Positions 8,854-18,559 of a DNA stretch of 39,477 bases are shown here, in pieces. The position numbers and the translations under genes are program-made. Numbering within the stretch: position 1 is the stretch's first letter; each line of letters opens with the position of its first letter. The DNA lies in IMG/VR virus record IMGVR_UViG_3300012931_000040, positions 1-39,477 of that record, one strand, 5' to 3'. The stretch is from a virus (Duplodnaviria; Caudoviricetes). Under the pieces are notes generated by a model that had not been told where the DNA came from, ran no database searches, and was given only the letters and a program-made list of their open reading frames with translations.

Positions 8854-9468
8854 ATGACTATTTCAAAAGTTGTTATATGCAATATGGCATTAGGACACTT
8901 AGGCAGCGATGCCACAGTTGAGGATATTGATACCCCTCGCAAAGACGAAGAAAAGATTTTTAATTTATGGTATGATTTAAGTCGTAAGGATTTACTTAGG
9001 TTAGTAAAGCCTAATTTTGCATTAAAGCGCGCTAAATGGGCATTGTTAACGACTACTCCAGTATTTGGGTATGTTTATGAATATCAAATTGCTCACGACT
9101 GTCTTATGTTTCAAGGCGTTGATACTATAGATGTTAAGTTAAATAATTATACTATCGAAGGAGATAAATTACAAATAAGCGAAGTTTACACAGATGGGCT
9201 TCCGGTTAGATATGTTTCTGATGTAACTGATGTAACTAAATTTACAGTTGATTTTGCCAAGTTGTTAGGTTGGCAATTAGCTTTTGATACCTGTATGCAG
9301 ATTACACAAAGCGTTGAAAAACTACAGATGATTTCTAGTATTCTTCCGGGACAGTTATCTAAAGTAGCGGCACAAAGCGACCAAGAGAATAGACCAGTTA
9401 GGATTAATTATTCTAAATTCAGAACGGCAAGATGGAGTAAGGTTCCTATATTTGGAGAAAAACTTTGA
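8854..9468 (+). CDS. Tail tubular protein A (T7 gp11-like adaptor)
   Basis: ICNMALGHLG, NFALKR, Y.YQ...DCL motifs. Confidence 0.85.
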   Translation: MTISKVVICNMALGHLGSDATVEDIDTPRKDEEKIFNLWYDLSRKDLLRLVKPNFALKRAKWALLTTTPVFGYVYEYQIAHDCLMFQGVDTIDVKLNNYTIEGDKLQISEVYTDGLPVRYVSDVTDVTKFTVDFAKLLGWQLAFDTCMQITQSVEKLQMISSILPGQLSKVAAQSDQENRPVRINYSKFRTARWSKVPIFGEKL

Positions 9469-11744
9469 AAGTTAGTACTGTATTTAATAATTTCTCAAGG
9501 GGACAGATGGATTCAAATCTAAAGGGTAGGTTTGACTTACCTATTTTTTCGTCAGGAGCTGAGAGGTTTATTAATTTTATATCTAATTTCCAAGGTAATG
9601 CTCTATATCGTCCAGGTACTGAATATATGGAAGATTTATTCGATTGTAATATGATTGAATTTAGATTTAACTATGCTCAGAATTATTTAGTTTTTGCTTA
9701 TAATACTAAGTTTAGGTTTATGACATTTGATTCTGTTGGTAATTTTGGCTATGTATTAAGCGGAGCAAGTCCTTTGGAAGTTACTTCCCCGTATTCTTTA
9801 GCGCAAAGCAAAGAGGTTCAAGTTGCACAAAATGCCGACGTGATGTATATGACACACCACGGGATAGCTCCTTATAAACTCACTAGAACAAGCGCAACTA
9901 CTTTTACAATGTCAACTTTTGATTTTAAAGATGGCCCATATTTACCTGAGAATAGCACTACTACTACTCTTACTTTCTCTGCTTTAACTGGCTCAGTTAC
10001 TGTAACGGCAAGTGCGGCTTTATTTTCGTCAAATGATGTGGGTAGATTAATAAGGGTTGCTTATACTGTTAGTTCTACGGTTACTTGGTACTGGCTTAAA
10101 ATAACAGCTTATACAGACACTACGCACGTCACGGCTACGGTAATGGGTGATAATTTAAGTGCAGCTACAGCGACTACAAGGTGGAGATTAGGGGCTTTTT
10201 ATACTGGATGTTATCCTTCCGCTTGTTGTTTCCATAATGGAAGATTATTTTATGCTAATTCAGATAAACAAATTACCACGGTTTGGGGAAGTGTAGTCGG
10301 AGATTATGACAATTTCGCTACTGGAAGTGATGACGATGATGCTGTTTACCTTACTTTATCAGAGATAACCGAAGAAATAAGTTGGTTATTTCCTGCAATA
10401 ACGTCGTTAGTCGCAGGTTCTTCTGAGGGTTTATGTACTATTCACGGGGCAGATGTAGGCGACCCTATAACTCCGACAGACGTAGAAGCTCCTAAGGTTA
10501 ATTCAGAGGGTTGTAATTCTACTATTCCATTAATAAAAGACGGAGTTGTTTTCTATCAGAGTTTGACCGGAAGAAGATTGTATTCATTTAATTATAACCT
10601 TTTGACTGAAAGTTTCGTTTCTGAAGATGCTAATGTTGTTTCTTATGACATAACTTCTAGTGGAGTTTCTCAGTTAAAGAGAATTAAAACCAAACATGAT
10701 TTAATATTTATGGTTCGTTCAGATGGAAAATTACTATCAACGAATATTAATTTAAATGAAAAAGTGGTTTCTTGGCATTTACACGAAACCGACGGATTAG
10801 TAAAAAGAATTGCCTCAATAACAGACAATAACGGTTATCCTCGTTTGTTCTTACTTATAGACAGAGGCGGAGATTATAGATTAGAAATGTTATCAAGTTT
10901 TGTCGATTTCCCTATAAGAAGTGATTTCTACACCGGAGATGCCCCTGAGGATATAGACGATGATGATATGGCTTACGCTTATAAAGTAGCGGATAAATTA
11001 CAAGAGTGTAACTTTTTAGATTGTATGATGTCTTATGAAAATTTACAAAGTAACGCCATTACTTACAATCCTACAGCTCATACTATAACAGCTACTAGTT
11101 CAGTTTTTACATCAGGGGATGCCGGGAAGTATATTTTTTACAAGACTTCAACAGGTTATGAACACGGAAGATTTGAAATAACAGCTTATACCTCGGGTAC
11201 GGTGGTTACTGTTTCAGAATTAAACGGAGCGCCTACGTCTAATACTTATACCGATTGGTATTTAAGCTTTTCTTCTGTTTCAGGTTTAACTATTTTCGAA
11301 GGTCAAGAGGTTTCAGTCGTGGCTAATGGCGGATACTTGGGAGATTTTACAGTATCAAGTGGGGCAATTTCTTTAGGTACTCAAGTTCATTCGGTAAAGA
11401 TAGGGCTTCCTTATGTCGGAGAGATTAAGACTTTTGATTTAGGTTTCTATGTTCAAGGCGTTAATACTCAAGTTAATGCAAAAAGTGTTTATGAGATTGT
11501 ATTAAGATTAATAAATTCCTCCGGAGGGTTAGTAGGTACGAGTAAATATAAGATGGCTTCAGTTCAATTATGCGATACAGATGGACTATGGGGGCTTCCT
11601 GCGTTACCGATTGACGGAGATGAACACAGACAATTATCTGATAATATTAAGAGGAATAAAGTAGTTTATATCCAACAAAAAGAGCCAATGCACTTTGAGA
11701 TTTGCGGAATGTTTGTTAATGCCAAATATGAGCAGGGAATATGA
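9465..11744 (+). CDS. Tail tubular protein B (T7 gp12-like nozzle)
   Basis: TTG start after GGAG; NFSRG, RPGT, Q.ADVMY..H, YPS...FHNGRL, W..H.TDG motifs. Confidence 0.88.
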   Translation: MKVSTVFNNFSRGQMDSNLKGRFDLPIFSSGAERFINFISNFQGNALYRPGTEYMEDLFDCNMIEFRFNYAQNYLVFAYNTKFRFMTFDSVGNFGYVLSGASPLEVTSPYSLAQSKEVQVAQNADVMYMTHHGIAPYKLTRTSATTFTMSTFDFKDGPYLPENSTTTTLTFSALTGSVTVTASAALFSSNDVGRLIRVAYTVSSTVTWYWLKITAYTDTTHVTATVMGDNLSAATATTRWRLGAFYTGCYPSACCFHNGRLFYANSDKQITTVWGSVVGDYDNFATGSDDDDAVYLTLSEITEEISWLFPAITSLVAGSSEGLCTIHGADVGDPITPTDVEAPKVNSEGCNSTIPLIKDGVVFYQSLTGRRLYSFNYNLLTESFVSEDANVVSYDITSSGVSQLKRIKTKHDLIFMVRSDGKLLSTNINLNEKVVSWHLHETDGLVKRIASITDNNGYPRLFLLIDRGGDYRLEMLSSFVDFPIRSDFYTGDAPEDIDDDDMAYAYKVADKLQECNFLDCMMSYENLQSNAITYNPTAHTITATSSVFTSGDAGKYIFYKTSTGYEHGRFEITAYTSGTVVTVSELNGAPTSNTYTDWYLSFSSVSGLTIFEGQEVSVVANGGYLGDFTVSSGAISLGTQVHSVKIGLPYVGEIKTFDLGFYVQGVNTQVNAKSVYEIVLRLINSSGGLVGTSKYKMASVQLCDTDGLWGLPALPIDGDEHRQLSDNIKRNKVVYIQQKEPMHFEICGMFVNAKYEQGI

Positions 11745-12148
11745 GAGAATTTAAAATAGGAGATTTTGAGAGATTAGATTTAAACGGTTTAACTTGTGGA
11801 TTAAGAAAGGTAGATATAAATTTACTTTTAGAAAATTCAATAAGTTATACCTTTGAGTTTAATGGAGAAATAATTGCAATAATGTCTTATTTAGAGTATG
11901 ATGATAGATGTTTTTCTGGGTTTCTTCTATGCTCTAAAAAAATGAATTCTAAATATGGATTAATAATCAGGAAGGCGATTAAAGACGAAATGATTAAAAC
12001 AAAAGCAATAAGACTGGAAACCTGTAGTTTTGACACACCGGAGTTAAATAGTTGGCACGAGTTCTTAGGTTTTACTTGCGAGGGAATACGAAGAAAATAT
12101 TCTCAAGGTATGGATGCTAAAATGTGGAGTATAGTTAAATGGGAATAG
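11741..12148 (+). CDS. GNAT-fold protein (T7 gp13-like position)
   Basis: RLET...W.EFLGF..EG motif; synteny. Confidence 0.7.
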   Translation: MREFKIGDFERLDLNGLTCGLRKVDINLLLENSISYTFEFNGEIIAIMSYLEYDDRCFSGFLLCSKKMNSKYGLIIRKAIKDEMIKTKAIRLETCSFDTPELNSWHEFLGFTCEGIRRKYSQGMDAKMWSIVKWE

Positions 12149-12642
12149 AAACAATGATAGCCTTGTCGGTTGGCTCCGGAATAATGGGGGCTGTATCGGC
12201 TAATAAACAAGCAAAAGCAAATGCTGATGCGGCTGTTCAGCAAGGTAATCTTGAATTAGCTAAAATGAAGAAACAAGCCACGGCTTTACAAAAGGCAACG
12301 GCATCTCAAGTTGGAAGTCAAAAGACCTCATTTTTATCTTCTGGATTATCGTTAGAAGGCACACCATCGGATGTTATGACAGAAACTTATGATACAGGAA
12401 TAGAGGATTTACTAGATTTAAACACTGATATGAAAAACACCGCTTCTTCATATAACCAACAAGCTAAGAATTATATTACTCAAGGACGGTCTGAGGCATT
12501 AAATAGTTTAGTTAGTGGGTTTTCAAGTGCCGCTTTAATGGGGTATAACGCAGGATATTTCAAAGGTGACGGCTTTGGATTAGGAAGTAATACGATAACT
12601 GCTGAATATGGAACATCCCCTAATATTAAGAAAATGGGTTGA
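12139..12642 (+). CDS. Internal virion (ejection) protein, gp14-like
   Basis: A/G/S/Q-rich, SG..L.GTP.D motif. Confidence 0.75.
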   Translation: MGIETMIALSVGSGIMGAVSANKQAKANADAAVQQGNLELAKMKKQATALQKATASQVGSQKTSFLSSGLSLEGTPSDVMTETYDTGIEDLLDLNTDMKNTASSYNQQAKNYITQGRSEALNSLVSGFSSAALMGYNAGYFKGDGFGLGSNTITAEYGTSPNIKKMG

Positions 12643-12644
12643 AA

Positions 12645-14405
12645 ATGGTAGAGAAACCACAAAGAAGATACACTCAACAAGTAACCTCGGTAACTCCTGA
12701 AGATACAACAAATATCTATGCCAAAGCGGCGGGGACGTTAATCGAAACCGGAGAGAAAATAGCCTATCAATCTGCCAATGCTAAGATGGCGAATACTTTG
12801 GCTCAAAGTCAACTTAAACTATCAGAGTTAACAAATCAGTTCCGAATAGAAAATGCTGGTAATCCTGATTGGAAAAACCCTGACTACGTATCCAAGAGAA
12901 ATGAATTATTCCAACAAATGCAAGCCGAAGTAAGTCCTTTGGTTAAGAGAGATTTTAATTTAAAGTGGAAAGAATTAGAAGCTAACAATGATATGTCAAA
13001 TCAAGCTTGGGCGATTAAACAGAACCAAGATAATACGATTTATAACTTACAGGAATCAATTAAGGCAAATAGACAAACAGCTTATCTCGCTGGAGCTACT
13101 GGCAATAAAAATTATTTAGACTTAAAAAAGAACTGGGAATTTTCAGTAAAGAATTTATATGACTCTTCTGTTAAAGTTGTAGGTGATTTAGCTGCAAAGA
13201 AAACATTAGATAATGCAGAAAGTGATTATACAATAGAATACGCAAGCGGATTAATGTATAATAATCCGGCTGAGGCTATTGAGTTTCTAAATAGAGAAGA
13301 TGTCGCAAATGACATTAATAATCCTGAAGTGCATTTGAAATTAAAGAAAGCGGCAACAAATTCTTTGCTTAACTTTAAATTAAGACAAGGAATAACAGAG
13401 CTTGCTATAAGTGGTAGTACAGCTAATTCTTTACTAAATGAATCTATGGCTGGGAAAGTTAGTATAGATAAAATACAATCTGCCGATATTTCTGGCGGTG
13501 CTAAGAATGCTTTAATGAAAATTAATAGTTATGATATAACTACTTATGACCAGAATCTTAAAAATGTTACTGTTTCTAAAAACACGGTAGATTTATCAAG
13601 AGAGTTTGAAAGTATATTTTCTAAACGTGCGGTTGAAGACCCTGATAATCCTGAATATGGAAAGTATGAATTAAGCCCTAAGGCTTCGATTGATAAGGCT
13701 ATTAAATTCCAAGAAAAGGTTGCTGATACTTTAGCTAGCGGAGGAATAGAAAGAGGTCTTGCCACAAAATGGTTAGGAGCAAGCGGAGCAGTATTCGAAG
13801 CACAAATGAATCTCGCCGACCCTAATATTAACTCACAGGAGTTTCTTAATAATCCTCTTGCTCAAGGGTATAGAGAGATAAATACTAAATTAAATAATAT
13901 GGGAATAAACGATGTAAATATGAAAGCTAACGCTTTTCAAGGATTTACTGAAAACTTATTTGATACTTTAGACAGCCGAGGGGTTAGTATTAATGATTTT
14001 AATTCTATGCCAAGAGGTCAAAGGGTTGGAATATTAAGGCAAGCTTTGGATAATACTTATTCTGAAGTAAACATAAAAGAAGATGATAGTATTATATCTA
14101 AACCTATATTTGACTCTCAGCTTCCTAGTTCTCTAAAAGAACAGGCTAATAAACAATTTATGAGTAGCATTACTCCAACTATGACTAATGAACAGAAAAG
14201 TAATTTAGCTCAGAATATAGCTAATCAAGTTAGAAGTGAAAACCACGCTAAGGCTTTAGATTTAGTTAACAAATCTTATAAATATGAACCTAACGAAAGT
14301 GATTTAAAATTGTTACAGTCTAAAGGTTATACAATAGATGACGTTAAATCAACGGCTAGTAAGTATGGAATTTCAGAAGAAGAAGTTATAAAGAGGCTTA
14401 AGTAA
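12645..14405 (+). CDS. Internal virion (ejection) protein, gp15-like position
   Basis: Long helical N/Q/K-rich ORF; synteny. Confidence 0.65.
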   Translation: MVEKPQRRYTQQVTSVTPEDTTNIYAKAAGTLIETGEKIAYQSANAKMANTLAQSQLKLSELTNQFRIENAGNPDWKNPDYVSKRNELFQQMQAEVSPLVKRDFNLKWKELEANNDMSNQAWAIKQNQDNTIYNLQESIKANRQTAYLAGATGNKNYLDLKKNWEFSVKNLYDSSVKVVGDLAAKKTLDNAESDYTIEYASGLMYNNPAEAIEFLNREDVANDINNPEVHLKLKKAATNSLLNFKLRQGITELAISGSTANSLLNESMAGKVSIDKIQSADISGGAKNALMKINSYDITTYDQNLKNVTVSKNTVDLSREFESIFSKRAVEDPDNPEYGKYELSPKASIDKAIKFQEKVADTLASGGIERGLATKWLGASGAVFEAQMNLADPNINSQEFLNNPLAQGYREINTKLNNMGINDVNMKANAFQGFTENLFDTLDSRGVSINDFNSMPRGQRVGILRQALDNTYSEVNIKEDDSIISKPIFDSQLPSSLKEQANKQFMSSITPTMTNEQKSNLAQNIANQVRSENHAKALDLVNKSYKYEPNESDLKLLQSKGYTIDDVKSTASKYGISEEEVIKRLK

Positions 14406-17400
14406 TGGTAGATATATTTAAAAAAGAAGGAATAGAAGCTAAGCCAAATATTGATATTTTCGAGAAGGAAGATATCCAAATAAATCCTAATCAAGAGGCT
14501 CTTAAAGTAAAAACTATGGGTGATGTCGATAATTTCTATAGTTCTCCAGTTGGAGAGGGAATTAAATACGTTAATAATATGTCTTGGGATAATACTATAA
14601 ATTCAGAAATTGAAGATTATAAAAATAAACAAGATTTTATTAACAATAATATTCCTAAAGAAAAAATAAAAGAATGGGAAAACAAAGGTGCAATTGGTTG
14701 GACAGAGTCATTTAAAAAGTTAGATAAATGGAAAACTGTACCCTTTGGCTCTACGGTTTCCGCCGTTAAAGATGTTAATGTCTTAAGAACGGTAAATAAA
14801 ATAAAAAATAACGAGGAAGTTTCCGAAGAAGAAAGACAAACGGTTGATGATTACATAAGCGATATGGCTGAACTCCAAACAAGAGGGATGACATTCGGAG
14901 GTAAGATTGCAACATACGGTTCACAGATGCCTGCCTTTGCCTTAGAATTTATGGCTCTTGGAGGTTTGGGAAAAATAGGAAAAACTGCCGCCACTAAGGC
15001 AACAGGAGCGGTATTAGAAAAAGCTATTCTAAGCGAAGGCATAACTGGAACGCTTGCGAGAACAACGCAAACAGCTAGTGGATTAATTGCTTCAGGTGCG
15101 GCAAGAAGCTTGGGAATGCCTAACAGGTATGTCGAGGGTTACGCTGAAAGACGAATAAACGATGGATTAGCAGTAACAGATAAAGGACAAGTTGTTCTTA
15201 CTGATTCTACTGAAAAGCCACTTACTAGTTTTATGAAAGCTTATTCAGATGTATTTATTGAAAACGTATCTGAAGAAGCGGGGGTGGTTTTCTTAGGTAA
15301 GGCCGTTGATTTAGGAATAACTAAAGCCGCAAGTTTTCTTCCTACAGGTGTAAGGACGGCGTTGTTTGAAGCTTATCGAAAAATAAAACCCGATGCCTCA
15401 GTAAGAGAAATGTTCTCTAAGGCAGGTTTCCAAGGGGTAATAACAGAACTAGGAGAAGAACGTATCGGCGATGTCTTAAGAGTAGGTTTCGGATTAGACG
15501 AACGAAAAGACATATCTACATTCCAAAAATTAGAAGATGCAATTTTCCCCGACAAGGAACAATTGGCACTTGAGCTTGGATTATTCTCTATAATGGGTGG
15601 AGCTTCTATTGGAGCCAGTAAACTTAAAAACATTTTAACATCTCAGGGTAAATCTCCTCAAGAGATAGAAACTGTAATTACTGGAACATCTCAATTAGAA
15701 AAAGAAAACATTATTGACAATTTTACTCAGCCGCTTAAAGATGCAGGTAATAAATTTTATCAAGAGATGATTGATTCTCTAGACCCTATTAATGCTTTGC
15801 AAAAAAAACTTATTGAAGCTAATCCTGACGTTAAAACAGGAAAATTACCTTATTTATTAGCTAGAGAATCCAAAGGAAGTATAAGACAGGCTGAATCATT
15901 TATAACTAGCAAGGTTTATGACATTGATGAGAATGGTAAATCTGTAATATTAGGCGAAGGATTAGAACCTATATTGCAAGATTTTGATTTTGAATTTAAG
16001 AGAATGGAAAAAGACCAAAAGATAAGGCGCGAAGATTTATCAGAATATCTTAAATCAACTCGTATCTTACAGGATTTAATTAATCGTGAAGATGTTAATG
16101 TAAGCGAATCACAAAAGGAAGCTGCTATTATATCTCTTGACAATGTTCGTTCTAAATACGGCAAGAGGGCTGACTTATTACCAGAGTATGCTAAGAGAAT
16201 TTACGATTTCCAAAAAAACACATTAAGTCTTTTGGTTAAAGGAGGACTAATGAGCCAGGAGAAATATGACAATATACTTGAAAAGAACCCCCATTATATT
16301 CCATTCTATAGAGTATTAGAAGAAGGAGAAATACCAGATTTTCAAGTTGGGGTTGGAACTAAACCTAAATTTACCAAAGCTAGAGATATAACTAAAAAAA
16401 TAACAGGTTCAGAAAGAGATATTAAAGACGTCTATGAAAGTATGATTTATAACACAATGAGAATTGTTGATAATTATACTCGCAATAAAGTTGCCAAATC
16501 TGTTGCAGATGCTGCTGAATTTCTACCAGATGATATTAAAAAAGTAAAGCCTAATATGACCAAAATTAATATGGAAATAAAAAAAACTAATATTGTTTCT
16601 AATCAAGATAAAATTAATATTATTAAAGAAAATATACCAGATATAATATCTCAAGATAAATTAGACGTTGCCAAAGAAAAATTATCTAAATTAGAAGGGC
16701 AAGACAAGCTGGATGCCCTGGGATATATAGAACAATTAGAAAATGGCGCAAAACCATATAATATTTATAATTATATTAGTAAATATCAAACAGATGATTT
16801 TATGATAATGTTTGATAAAGCAGTATTAAATAGAAAATATTCAATATCAGAAAAAGAAATTATAGAAACATTTAGACCTTCTGCCTTTGCTCCTAAAGGA
16901 AACATTATAGAATATAGAGAAAATGGAGAGCGTAAATTTATCGAAGTTGAGAAGAGTTTATATAATGCTTTAACTTCTATGAACGAAGAACAAACAAGTT
17001 TCGTTATGAAAATGCTAGCTGTGCCTACAAACGTATTAAGGTTTGGGGCTACAATTATCCCTGAGTTTATGTTGCGAAATATCGTTCGCGACCAGCACGT
17101 TGCTTTGTTACAATCTAAAGGTAAGTTTATTCCCTTTCTTGATACTGTAAAAGCTCTTGCTTCGGTAGTTAAGAAAGATGATTTATATTATGATTGGATA
17201 CGTTCGGGAGGGGCTTATTCATCTTATATGGATTTGTCAGACAAAGGACTTGAAAAGGCTTATGATAGATTGCTTAAAGATAAAAGCAAGTTTAGATTTC
17301 TAAATCCTATTACTACTTTACAAGAAACATCAATAGCTTTAGAAGAAGCCACTAGAGTAGCTATATTCAAGAGGTCTAAAGAAAGAGGATTGTCTGATTT

Positions 17401-18511
17401 AGAAGCTGGATTAGCTTCGAGGGAGGCTACTTTAGATTTCAGTCGTTCAGGAACTAAAGGTAAAAAAATAAATCAGATTATAGCTTTCTTTAATGCGGGT
17501 GTTCAATCAGCAGATAAAATGGTTAGAACATTCAAAGAAAGACCTGTTGCCGCTACTGCTTGGTGCTTAGGGACTATAACAATGCCATCCTTAGCAATAA
17601 CAGGATATTATCTGTTCGGGGCAAGTGATGAAGATAGAGAGGAATATCTTAATTTACCAAGATGGCGTAAGGATATGTTTTGGAATATAAAAGTAAACGG
17701 AACTTGGATAAGCTATCCCAAGCCTTTTGCTTTAGGATATATATTTGGTTCAATGCCTGAGAGGTTTTTAGAATATACTTATGCTAATGATAAATCAGCC
17801 TCTAAGGATATTTTGAATAATTTATTTTCTGTATTAACCCCTATTCAAGATTTCGGAAGTATAATCCCAACAGGATTGAAAACCCCTATTGAATGGATTT
17901 CAAATTATAATTTCTTTACAGGAAGAAATATTGTCCCCGAATGGATGGAGAATATCGAGCCTAGTAAACAAGCTGTAAGGAATACAACAGAAACATCTAA
18001 ATTAATCGGGGAAGTTATAAATAAATCACCTGCTAAGATTGACAATTTATTAAGAGGAACCTTTGCAGGACTTTCTAAATACATAACAGACACAGGAGAT
18101 TTTCTAATTAATTCAATCAATGAAGAAAAACCTAAGAAAGAAAAAGAATTAGGAGAATATCCAGTTGTGAAAGCTTTTGTAAGTCTAAGACCTGAAGGAA
18201 TGCGCGCCAATGAAACTAGTGATTTTATGGACAATGTTAATACATTATCTACTATTAACAGTACGTTCAATTATCTCAAAAGAAATGACGTCAAAGCAGC
18301 TAAGGCATATTACGAAGAAAACAAAGATAAGATAATTTTATATTCTAAATCTAAAAAATATTACGATGCTATCTTAGATACTAATAAACTTATAAAAGCT
18401 GTAGAAGATAAAGGCGGGGATTTAACAGAGAAACAAATTAAAATAGATAACCTAATGAAGAAGATAGTTAATTATGCAGAACAAGGAAATATTTTAATAG
18501 AAGAAAAATAG
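14405..18511 (+). CDS. Large internal virion protein with LPD38-like C-terminal region
   Basis: 1368 aa; YIPFYR, TLDFSRSG...FFNAGVQ, PKPF.LG, NFFTGR.IVP motifs. Confidence 0.8.
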   Translation: MVDIFKKEGIEAKPNIDIFEKEDIQINPNQEALKVKTMGDVDNFYSSPVGEGIKYVNNMSWDNTINSEIEDYKNKQDFINNNIPKEKIKEWENKGAIGWTESFKKLDKWKTVPFGSTVSAVKDVNVLRTVNKIKNNEEVSEEERQTVDDYISDMAELQTRGMTFGGKIATYGSQMPAFALEFMALGGLGKIGKTAATKATGAVLEKAILSEGITGTLARTTQTASGLIASGAARSLGMPNRYVEGYAERRINDGLAVTDKGQVVLTDSTEKPLTSFMKAYSDVFIENVSEEAGVVFLGKAVDLGITKAASFLPTGVRTALFEAYRKIKPDASVREMFSKAGFQGVITELGEERIGDVLRVGFGLDERKDISTFQKLEDAIFPDKEQLALELGLFSIMGGASIGASKLKNILTSQGKSPQEIETVITGTSQLEKENIIDNFTQPLKDAGNKFYQEMIDSLDPINALQKKLIEANPDVKTGKLPYLLARESKGSIRQAESFITSKVYDIDENGKSVILGEGLEPILQDFDFEFKRMEKDQKIRREDLSEYLKSTRILQDLINREDVNVSESQKEAAIISLDNVRSKYGKRADLLPEYAKRIYDFQKNTLSLLVKGGLMSQEKYDNILEKNPHYIPFYRVLEEGEIPDFQVGVGTKPKFTKARDITKKITGSERDIKDVYESMIYNTMRIVDNYTRNKVAKSVADAAEFLPDDIKKVKPNMTKINMEIKKTNIVSNQDKINIIKENIPDIISQDKLDVAKEKLSKLEGQDKLDALGYIEQLENGAKPYNIYNYISKYQTDDFMIMFDKAVLNRKYSISEKEIIETFRPSAFAPKGNIIEYRENGERKFIEVEKSLYNALTSMNEEQTSFVMKMLAVPTNVLRFGATIIPEFMLRNIVRDQHVALLQSKGKFIPFLDTVKALASVVKKDDLYYDWIRSGGAYSSYMDLSDKGLEKAYDRLLKDKSKFRFLNPITTLQETSIALEEATRVAIFKRSKERGLSDLEAGLASREATLDFSRSGTKGKKINQIIAFFNAGVQSADKMVRTFKERPVAATAWCLGTITMPSLAITGYYLFGASDEDREEYLNLPRWRKDMFWNIKVNGTWISYPKPFALGYIFGSMPERFLEYTYANDKSASKDILNNLFSVLTPIQDFGSIIPTGLKTPIEWISNYNFFTGRNIVPEWMENIEPSKQAVRNTTETSKLIGEVINKSPAKIDNLLRGTFAGLSKYITDTGDFLINSINEEKPKKEKELGEYPVVKAFVSLRPEGMRANETSDFMDNVNTLSTINSTFNYLKRNDVKAAKAYYEENKDKIILYSKSKKYYDAILDTNKLIKAVEDKGGDLTEKQIKIDNLMKKIVNYAEQGNILIEEK

Positions 18512-18541
18512 TGTTGCATTTTTGCAACAGTGTGATAAAAT
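18512..18541 (+). promoter_or_regulatory. Tail-fibre operon promoter with palindromic operator (copy 3)
   Basis: TGTTGCA-TTTT-TGCAACA palindrome 18512-18529; TTGCAT-16-TAAAAT. Confidence 0.65.
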
Positions 18542-18559
18542 GAAACAAGGAGAAAAAAG

